A stretch of DNA of 64,000 bases from a virus (lineage: Duplodnaviria > Caudoviricetes), in the IMG/VR virus record IMGVR_UViG_3300020718_000278, positions 1 through 64,000 of that record, one strand, 5' to 3'. The position numbers and the translations under genes are program-made. How positions within the stretch are numbered: position 1 is the stretch's first letter; each line of letters begins with the position of its first letter. Positions 56,954 to 64,000 of the stretch are shown in pieces. Below the pieces are notes generated by a model. The model made no database searches and was not told where the DNA came from. It saw nothing but the letters and a program-made list of their open reading frames with translations.

Positions 56954-58187
56954 TGTAAACACTAATAAACAATTTAGAGTTTATGATACCACTAAAAAAT
57001 ATATTAGAATATCAGTAGATGAAGCGATAGCTCGCGGGTTAAACAAATGGCAAAATTGGCAATGTAGTGCTGGCGTACGAGGATTATATATTGATTTTGA
57101 TGGCAATGTATGGGTTTGTAATACTGCTAGTTCAAAAGTTAATAAATTTAATGACGACGCTTGGAAAAAAACATTTTGGCCTATCATAGAACCATTTAAT
57201 GGAAATGTTCCAGATGAGTGGTCAAGTACTGGATTGAAATGGCAGGAATTAAAAAAAGAATTTAATAAATCATCTATAGCATTTGAAAAAATTATACCCC
57301 AGGATTCAACTGAACATCCTGGATTTATTGGTAATATATATGATGGATTTACTATTTCTAATGAATGGTTTGTTTGTCCTTGGAGTAGTTGTGGGTGTGG
57401 AGCAGATGTTATATTATCTAAAGCCAAAGAATATAATGACAAATCTTTGTTAGCAGTGACAAACAACGGCGTACTTGGTAGAATGAATACTATTGACAAT
57501 CAAGTAGAATTAATCAATAATCCTGTGGCAGTAGAAATGAACTTTCCGATAGAATATCAAATTTTATGGGATTTAGGTCGCAAATGCAACTATGATTGTT
57601 CTTATTGTTGGCCAGCAGTGCATAATCGAACTTCGGAACATAAAGATTATGATTTATTAATTAAAACAACTGATAAATTAATTAACGAATGGGCTCAAGG
57701 CAATACAATAAGATGGAATTTTGGCGGAGGCGAACCTACATTACATCCAAAATTTTTAGACTGGTTAAAATATTTAAAAAGTAAAAATCAATGGACTATG
57801 GTAACCAGTAACGGTACACGTGATCATAAATACTGGGCAGAAGTTGTACAATATACAAATAGTATTAATCTTAGTGCGCACTTTGATGGATTAAAAGATG
57901 AGCAAGATGAAGATAGATTTGTTAAAAATGTCGAAGTTATTTGTAAACACTTTGACGAACACAACGATGATCATTGGTTAGAAGTTAAATTAATGGCCCC
58001 ACCACAATATTTGGATCGCGCATTAAAATTAAAAGAAAAAATTATGAAATTAGGTACATTAGATCAACTGGGAGCAAATAATAGAATTAAAGGAGTGCTA
58101 AGTTTAGTTCCAATACGCAGTATAGGGGATAGTGGAACTCTTGTGGAATATACTGCTAAACAATTAGAAAAATTCCAATATCAGTAA
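56946..58187 (+). CDS. radical SAM enzyme with N-terminal twitch/SPASM-like domain
   Basis: N-terminal WQCSAG...VWVC...CPWSSCGC; then CNYDCSYC, GGGEPT, TSNG. Confidence 0.9.
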   Translation: MDDVNTNKQFRVYDTTKKYIRISVDEAIARGLNKWQNWQCSAGVRGLYIDFDGNVWVCNTASSKVNKFNDDAWKKTFWPIIEPFNGNVPDEWSSTGLKWQELKKEFNKSSIAFEKIIPQDSTEHPGFIGNIYDGFTISNEWFVCPWSSCGCGADVILSKAKEYNDKSLLAVTNNGVLGRMNTIDNQVELINNPVAVEMNFPIEYQILWDLGRKCNYDCSYCWPAVHNRTSEHKDYDLLIKTTDKLINEWAQGNTIRWNFGGGEPTLHPKFLDWLKYLKSKNQWTMVTSNGTRDHKYWAEVVQYTNSINLSAHFDGLKDEQDEDRFVKNVEVICKHFDEHNDDHWLEVKLMAPPQYLDRALKLKEKIMKLGTLDQLGANNRIKGVLSLVPIRSIGDSGTLVEYTAKQLEKFQYQ

Positions 58188-58188
58188 C

Positions 58189-59493
58189 ATGAATAAATCA
58201 AACACACTTTGTCCTATCCCGTGGACACACTTATCAATACAACAAAACGGAGACTTACGGGCTTGCTGCCAATGTATCTATGCTCCTTATGGACAACTAT
58301 CAGATGAAACTGGAACACTTAACATAAAAGACGCTGATTTAGACATAGCAAGGAATCATTCTGTATTAAAAGATTTACGAAAAAGTATGATTAACGGAGA
58401 GAAACATCCGTTGTGTAATCTTTGTTGGAAAGAAGAAGAACACGGCTTGTTTAGTAAACGAAGTAATATGGTAAGAAGGTATGACACAAGCGAGTACGAA
58501 ACTTTAACTTCGCCCGACGGAACAATTGACACTAATCAATTCCCTTTACGTTACATTGATATACGATTTGGTAACTTATGTAATTTAAAATGTAGATATT
58601 GCGGCCCGGCTGATAGCTCTTTATGGGCCGAAGATTATGCTATGATGGCTGATAGTGACGAGCCACGATTACCTTTTTATAAATCTAAAGAATATAAAAT
58701 TAAACAAATTAATAATGTATGGAAAATTGATTCTACAGATTTCGAATGGTATGAAAATGAAAATTTTTGGAAACAGATTGACAAATTAATTCCTTATATT
58801 GATAGATATTATTTTACTGGCGGTGAGCCAACGGTTAATAAAGCGCATTTTAAATTACTTGAGCATATAATTATGTCTGGTCATTCTCCTTATGTAACAC
58901 TAGAATATAATTCTAACATAGTAGCTATTCCAAATAAATTATTTAATATGTGGGAAGCGTTTAAATCTGTAGAAATAGGTTGTAGTTTAGATGCTACTGG
59001 AGATTTAGCAAATTATTTACGTTATCCTAGCGAGTGGGATGTCTTGAAAGAAAATTTAATAAAAATTGATCAAGCAAAAGCTGATATTGTTGCGGCAGTA
59101 GCAACTACTATCAGTGTTTATAATATTAGAAACTTTTTAGAACTTACAGAATGGTTAATAACACAACCATTCAATAAAGTTAAAATCATCCCATCTTACC
59201 ATGTATTAGAAGGTCCAGCACACATGAGTGTTCAAGTATTGCCTTTAGAAGTTAAAAATCAAATAGTCCAAGAATATGAAGATTTTTACAAAAAAATAGC
59301 CAAAATAGACAAGTCTACAGCAATAATTCTGCGTAAAGTTTTTTCAGGGATAATTAACTATATGCTAGCAGAAGACAAATCACATTTATTAACAAATCTT
59401 ATGTATGCTACTGAAAAATTAGATAAAGTACGTAATCAAGATATAAAAAATTACCTACCTTGGCTTGCAGAAATAATAAATCAAAGGAAATAA
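58189..59493 (+). CDS. radical SAM enzyme with N-terminal twitch/SPASM-like domain
   Basis: CPIPWTHL...RACC...CNLCW; CNLKCRYC; FTGGEP; YNSN. Confidence 0.92.
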   Translation: MNKSNTLCPIPWTHLSIQQNGDLRACCQCIYAPYGQLSDETGTLNIKDADLDIARNHSVLKDLRKSMINGEKHPLCNLCWKEEEHGLFSKRSNMVRRYDTSEYETLTSPDGTIDTNQFPLRYIDIRFGNLCNLKCRYCGPADSSLWAEDYAMMADSDEPRLPFYKSKEYKIKQINNVWKIDSTDFEWYENENFWKQIDKLIPYIDRYYFTGGEPTVNKAHFKLLEHIIMSGHSPYVTLEYNSNIVAIPNKLFNMWEAFKSVEIGCSLDATGDLANYLRYPSEWDVLKENLIKIDQAKADIVAAVATTISVYNIRNFLELTEWLITQPFNKVKIIPSYHVLEGPAHMSVQVLPLEVKNQIVQEYEDFYKKIAKIDKSTAIILRKVFSGIINYMLAEDKSHLLTNLMYATEKLDKVRNQDIKNYLPWLAEIINQRK

Positions 59494-59494
59494 A

Positions 59495-60256
59495 ATGTCA
59501 ATCATTGGATTAGATGCCAATCATGCTCCATTTAAATATTTGGACGAATATGTAGAAACACCAAATTGGGAACAGTTGCATAATGAAGTATGTTTAGGAA
59601 TTGCTAAAGCTGAATGGAATAAAAAATTTGTGTCTAGCGGAGTACACAAAGATTGGGCTGATGATGAAATTACAACAACTTTTCTTAAACTACAAGAAAG
59701 ATTAACTCCAGATCAATTACGCATTTTTGTATCATTGGCATCTGTGGATGAAAAAATAAAATTTCTTAACGCACTAACATATACACCGCACCCGTTCTGG
59801 GTTATTTTCTTAAGATGGAACAGACGTGTTGAAAAAACTGGTGTGTACAATAAAGCTGTGCCTGAAGATTGTTTTTGGACTGAAAATGCTAAACAATTTC
59901 CGTCTTTAGTAAAGTTCATTGAATCTATGCCTTTTGAAGGCATCGGGCGTGTGATATTGTTTATGACTGAAGCAAATAATAAAACAGTTCCGCATTATGA
60001 TGTAGCTAATGATGCGCAAAGAGCTGAAAAACCAAATGATGACTTTATATGGTTTACTACAAAGCCAAAATCTAAAGGTGTATATGTAATGGATGGCGAA
60101 ACATTAGATAAAGTTTACCCAGATCCAGATAAACGATTTGTATGGTTTAATGAAATGGATTATCACGGTACTGATCCAGTCAATCATTTTAGTTTTTCAA
60201 TTAGAATAGATGGCAAATTTAAACCAGGAGTACGCGAAGCACTTACAAAGGGTTAA
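59495..60256 (+). CDS. putative 2OG-Fe(II)/cupin-type oxygenase
   Basis: HYD...YHG spacing, RVILF, SIRIDG; resembles Asp/Asn beta-hydroxylase-like proteins. Confidence 0.55.
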   Translation: MSIIGLDANHAPFKYLDEYVETPNWEQLHNEVCLGIAKAEWNKKFVSSGVHKDWADDEITTTFLKLQERLTPDQLRIFVSLASVDEKIKFLNALTYTPHPFWVIFLRWNRRVEKTGVYNKAVPEDCFWTENAKQFPSLVKFIESMPFEGIGRVILFMTEANNKTVPHYDVANDAQRAEKPNDDFIWFTTKPKSKGVYVMDGETLDKVYPDPDKRFVWFNEMDYHGTDPVNHFSFSIRIDGKFKPGVREALTKG

Positions 60257-60827
60257 GTTCTTTATTCCACGGGGTGTTGATAATGCATCTATCTTTATTA
60301 CGCCACTGATTTACAAATCCTTGGTAATACATTAGTGCTTTTTCTTTAGAAATACTTTGATATGGTAACCAAGCTCGTATATCAAATCCAGCATCAAATA
60401 ATTCTTTGTTAAAATTTTTCCTATCTTGTTGTAGCCATTCAATATTTTCGCTAATCTGTGTAGTAGGTTGAGGAGAAAAAAATTGTTTAATAATATCAGC
60501 ACTACGCCATACCTCAACATAATCAATGCTTTTGCTGACAGGGTTACCGACTTTGACTCGCCAAACTAAATTGCCATTTGCAGCAGAATCGTAAAAAATT
60601 TGATTATGAGCATTCCAATCTTGTTTTAAATTTGCTGTTTGTTTACGCACATTCATACCTGTTTGTGCTAACGCAGGGTCAAAATAATTATTGTAAAATT
60701 TTTCGTTATTTTGAGTATGCTGTATCCAAAGATATCTAATGGCCCACGGCCCTTCATCACTTTCTATTAAAGTATTCATTTCAAGAAGATCCTGATCACC
60801 GTAGTTACGTCTTGGAATCACTAGCAT
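60243..60827 (-). CDS. hypothetical protein, 194 aa
   Basis: Last ORF of the minus-strand operon; no family recognised. Confidence 0.65.
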   Translation of the reverse strand: MLVIPRRNYGDQDLLEMNTLIESDEGPWAIRYLWIQHTQNNEKFYNNYFDPALAQTGMNVRKQTANLKQDWNAHNQIFYDSAANGNLVWRVKVGNPVSKSIDYVEVWRSADIIKQFFSPQPTTQISENIEWLQQDRKNFNKELFDAGFDIRAWLPYQSISKEKALMYYQGFVNQWRNKDRCIINTPWNKELNPL

Positions 60828-60828
60828 A

Positions 60829-61707
60829 TTAAAAATATTTCTTTTTATGTTCGTCCCACTCTTGTTCGTCTAAATGATTAATATTAATTCTAAAAAAGTG
60901 TCGAGTAGCAGCTTTTGGGTCAAACGTTAATGCTGTTCTTGAATGTATAAATGAATGATTATCGTAAATAGCAATATCGTTGGTGTCCCACTGGTGTTGA
61001 TATAATAACTCAGGAACTTTTTCTAAGTGATTAGTCCATTGGCGTATTAAAAAACAATGCCCTTGAGATACTCCATCAATTTTAACATCAGTAATCCAAG
61101 CACCCTTTTTTTGACCCCAATTATAATGATTTAATCTCAAAGATTTTGCCCCGGTAATAGGATGTATTTTAAGTAGTGGAAATTCTTTAATGTCTGAGCC
61201 TGGCTCGTACCAACTTTGCTGACATACTGTTACACGAGGTATTAGTTCTATCATTTCTGGAGTAAGATATTGAAAACTTTCTTCAAGATTCATCCAACTA
61301 GTTTTTCCCGAACGTCCTGGGGTAGGATTTTCTGTAATCCACAAACTTCTAAAAGGATAGGGTTTGTAATCTCTATTTGGAATATCTGAATGCCAATTCA
61401 TATAAGCATTTGATACCATTTTGGTATTGGCATTGTTAAATGGACTTATAATTTGTACACCGTTTTTAGTCTCTACCTCTTCAGTTACTTCATGCGAATA
61501 TCTGTAGTCGTCGGTAGTCCATGGTTTTCCAAAATAAAAACTAAATTCTGAATATTGTGCTTTTGTAAAATCAACTTTTTTAAAGAAAATTAATTTTCTT
61601 TCGTACGACAATTTGCGCCAGTAATCAGGGCTGTAATTAAAAAATTCTTCCGGGGTATCTAAGTTAATTATTGATCCCCAACTATCTTTTATGTTTGTAA
61701 TGTTCAT
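60829..61707 (-). CDS. TauD/TfdA-family 2OG-Fe(II) dioxygenase
   Basis: WHSD, HPITG, HQW...DIAIYDN...HSR, RHFFR. Confidence 0.85.
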   Translation of the reverse strand: MNITNIKDSWGSIINLDTPEEFFNYSPDYWRKLSYERKLIFFKKVDFTKAQYSEFSFYFGKPWTTDDYRYSHEVTEEVETKNGVQIISPFNNANTKMVSNAYMNWHSDIPNRDYKPYPFRSLWITENPTPGRSGKTSWMNLEESFQYLTPEMIELIPRVTVCQQSWYEPGSDIKEFPLLKIHPITGAKSLRLNHYNWGQKKGAWITDVKIDGVSQGHCFLIRQWTNHLEKVPELLYQHQWDTNDIAIYDNHSFIHSRTALTFDPKAATRHFFRININHLDEQEWDEHKKKYF

Positions 61708-62312
61708 GATAACCTTGCGTCTATAATAAAGTTAATTCTGTCTTGGCCACTATGATTTTCCAACCAATGTGGAACATGATTATTAACCCAGTACAATGAA
61801 TCGACATCAAGGACACAATCTTCATTTCTGATAGCAAAAATGTTATCTTCTGCGGCTGTTACTGTAAAATGAAATCGATCATAGTAACTAAAATATCTAC
61901 CTTCATCTGTGTGTAAATCTACAGTTGAATGAGCAGCCAATTTACTTACAAAAATCCTGCCAAACTCTACTTGTTTAGCTCCTGTTTTTAGCAAGGTCTC
62001 TTCAAACCATTCTATTGATTTTTTAAAAATAGGTAAATCGGCGGTCACAGATTGAGTAACCATCATGTGCTGATTTGTTTGTAAAGTGTTTAGCCCTGGC
62101 GGCAAATCTTTTAAATATCTTAAGTGAATTGTTTCTGTGTAGCGCAATGCGTGGGTTACTGTTTGTCTATGCGTACTAAGTTTCCACAAAAATGCGGTAC
62201 TCGCATCATTGAAATAATTTCTTAATTCGTTGCCTAGCTCTGCATTAGTGTCTAGTTTAAAACTATTCAAATCTTCTTCAAAAAATTTATAAGGACTTAC
62301 TAAACAATTCAT
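61704..62312 (-). CDS. aspartyl/asparaginyl beta-hydroxylase-like 2OG-Fe(II) oxygenase
   Basis: GRIFVSKL...LHTD...RFH...WVNNHVPHWLEN...DRINFIID. Confidence 0.8.
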   Translation of the reverse strand: MNCLVSPYKFFEEDLNSFKLDTNAELGNELRNYFNDASTAFLWKLSTHRQTVTHALRYTETIHLRYLKDLPPGLNTLQTNQHMMVTQSVTADLPIFKKSIEWFEETLLKTGAKQVEFGRIFVSKLAAHSTVDLHTDEGRYFSYYDRFHFTVTAAEDNIFAIRNEDCVLDVDSLYWVNNHVPHWLENHSGQDRINFIIDARLS

Positions 62313-62908
62313 AGATAACCTCCAACTGGGGTATCTTTACGATATTCTCTTTTTAAGTATGTACAACGAATAACAGTATCGGTTGGTAACAAAATACGAC
62401 TGAATAAAATAGTCCAGAAATTTTGATGTATACATTTAGTTTTTGCTGGTACTATGCATTCATCGAAATAATCATATCTTTCTCTAGCTTCTTTACTAAA
62501 GGCAAATCGTCTTAACAATTTGCCGTGTTTTTCTGACCACAAGGTATAAAATCTATATCTACCTTGTTTTTCATTATATTCCATGGCAGCATCTAACAAT
62601 TTGCGTACATAACTTCTATTGTTTGTAGAACGAATCATAGTACCATACCATACTGGTTCGTTAGGACTAAGATAAAAAGATATTAATGCTATAATTTTAC
62701 CATCATCATCTTGTAATCCTAATGCTTTATATCGAACAAGCCCTGACAAATATGTTTCCACAAATGAACTGTGATATATTTTCTCAATAGGATTTTTTTC
62801 TGTTGGCACAAAATAACTAGCGTGTAAGTCTGTGCCCATAAAATTTTTAGTATAGAACAAATGCACAACCGCATCGATATGAGTATGGTCTAATTCTATA
62901 ATTTTCAT
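62309..62908 (-). CDS. GNAT-like fold protein (putative acyltransferase)
   Basis: ALGLQDDDGKIIALISF...WYG...LLDAAMEY...FYT pattern. Confidence 0.4.
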   Translation of the reverse strand: MKIIELDHTHIDAVVHLFYTKNFMGTDLHASYFVPTEKNPIEKIYHSSFVETYLSGLVRYKALGLQDDDGKIIALISFYLSPNEPVWYGTMIRSTNNRSYVRKLLDAAMEYNEKQGRYRFYTLWSEKHGKLLRRFAFSKEARERYDYFDECIVPAKTKCIHQNFWTILFSRILLPTDTVIRCTYLKREYRKDTPVGGYL

Positions 62909-63822
62909 ATTTCGCCTCTTAATTGTTTTAATGCTAAGTCGTATGGAACTCCATCCAAACTAAACTCTAATCTTTTAACTTGGTCAAACCCAATGTCTTC
63001 GTATGCTTGGCCATTGAATGCTAACAAACTTTCAAAACCATGTTTCTTTTCTTTTTTTCTAAATTGTGAATACATTTTTTCTAGTATAGCATTTTTACTT
63101 GATGCTGCTGTTAGTTTATAGTTATATTTGTCTGTTACTAATTTTTTAATACCGTCTGATTCTAAGTAATATAATAGTAATTCGGGGGTATAGCTATACC
63201 ATTCGTTAACTAATGGAAGATTATACTTTAAACTAAATCGCATAGCACTAGCATCTTCATTTTCTCGAAACGCATAATACCAATAACTACCTGCGGGTTC
63301 AACTTGTCTTGTCACTCCAGCTTCGCCGCCCATGACAGCTGGCTGTCCTAACTTTAATATATTTTTGTAAACCATAATATAGGTTAGCTGAGTACTTTGA
63401 ATTTGCTCGCCAAACTCAGTAGCTTCGCCTGAAAAGAAAAAATCGTGTACATTAAAATCTATAATTTGAAGTTTAACTCCTAGTTCAGCAGCAATAGCTT
63501 CGGCCTCGGCGACTTCACTGGCATTATAGTTATTTTCAAATCTAATTACCGCACATTGCGGCTTGAACCCGTTATGTATGAAATTACGCAATACAATTTC
63601 ACTGTCAGTACCACCTGATAAAAATAGTATAAGATCCTTACCAAAGTCTTCGCGAACTAACTGTGCTGTTCTGTGTAGTTCTTCTTCGAAAGAGCTTGTA
63701 CGATATTGATCTGGGTCAACAGCTCCTAACGAAACAACAAATTTCTCAACAGGTGTTTCCCGGTAGCCGTATTCTCTGCCACCAATTGTATATTTTAAAT
63801 GATTCTGATATGTAAAATACAT
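62905..63822 (-). CDS. PP-loop adenine nucleotide alpha-hydrolase (asparagine synthase/ExsB-like)
   Basis: LFLSGGTDSE PP-loop; AEAIAAELGV; VMGGE. Confidence 0.7.
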   Translation of the reverse strand: MYFTYQNHLKYTIGGREYGYRETPVEKFVVSLGAVDPDQYRTSSFEEELHRTAQLVREDFGKDLILFLSGGTDSEIVLRNFIHNGFKPQCAVIRFENNYNASEVAEAEAIAAELGVKLQIIDFNVHDFFFSGEATEFGEQIQSTQLTYIMVYKNILKLGQPAVMGGEAGVTRQVEPAGSYWYYAFRENEDASAMRFSLKYNLPLVNEWYSYTPELLLYYLESDGIKKLVTDKYNYKLTAASSKNAILEKMYSQFRKKEKKHGFESLLAFNGQAYEDIGFDQVKRLEFSLDGVPYDLALKQLRGEI

Positions 63823-63998
63823 TAGCCCTTGCGATCAGCAAATATTTTTTGTCTACTTTCCTTAGTAGCAATCAATGGTACAAAGAATAAACTTGAATCC
63901 CATTCAGACTTCTTACCACTTACTGTAGTGCCGAAGTCATAGGCGCTTGCCTTTTCGTGATGATTATTATGCCAACCTTGACCCCAAGTAATCCACGC
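63822..63998 (-). CDS. membrane fatty acid (acyl-CoA delta-9-type) desaturase, C-terminal fragment
   Basis: Manual translation AWITWGQGWHNNHHEKASAYDFG...; third His box matches the canonical GEGWHNNHH. 5' part lies outside the window. Confidence 0.75.
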   Translation of the reverse strand, partial: AWITWGQGWHNNHHEKASAYDFGTTVSGKKSEWDSSLFFVPLIATKESRQKIFADRKG

Positions 63999-64000
63999 AA

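Noticed and set aside
3015-63000. Numerous antisense or alternate-frame ORFs of 60-170 aa (e.g. 3320..3757, 5226..5684, 7576..7989, 17531..17908, 56981..57499)
   Set aside because: Fully nested in well-supported genes; their composition mirrors the codon bias of the real frame.
1-64000. Alternative genetic code, CRISPR array, integrase or IS element
   Set aside because: Long ORFs are intact under the standard code with all three stop codons used; no repeat-spacer array or transposase/integrase motif seen.
1-64000. Bacterial contractile injection system or eukaryotic giant virus origin
   Set aside because: A complete T4-like head module plus gp55/46/47 and late promoters indicate a tailed phage.

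Overview
A 64-kb, AT-rich, densely coding segment of a large, distantly T4-like myophage (Caudoviricetes) genome in the standard genetic code. No tRNA, rRNA or CRISPR array was seen. From left to right: (1) a truncated Gly-rich fibre gene, a Seg-type GIY-YIG homing endonuclease and the head module on the minus strand (major capsid gp23, scaffold gp22, protease gp21, acidic core protein, portal gp20). (2) Two paralogous tape-measure-like proteins carrying different peptidoglycan hydrolase domains. (3) A gp26/gp51-like tail chaperone pair joined by a candidate -1 frameshift. (4) A ~400-nt highly structured non-coding region directly downstream of a minimal GIY-YIG nuclease, which ends the gp55 sigma-gp47-gp46 operon. 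(5) A plus-strand baseplate/tail module including a 5067-aa protein. (6) A 12.5-kb convergent modification cluster: glycosyltransferase-like genes, methyltransferases, three radical SAM enzymes, three 2OG-Fe(II)-type oxygenases, a GNAT-like protein, a PP-loop ATPase and a fatty-acid desaturase. The best candidates for undescribed biology are the GIY-YIG plus structured RNA pair, the modification cluster, the frameshift and the twin lytic tape measures. All protein calls come from motif recognition by eye; no database searches were run.
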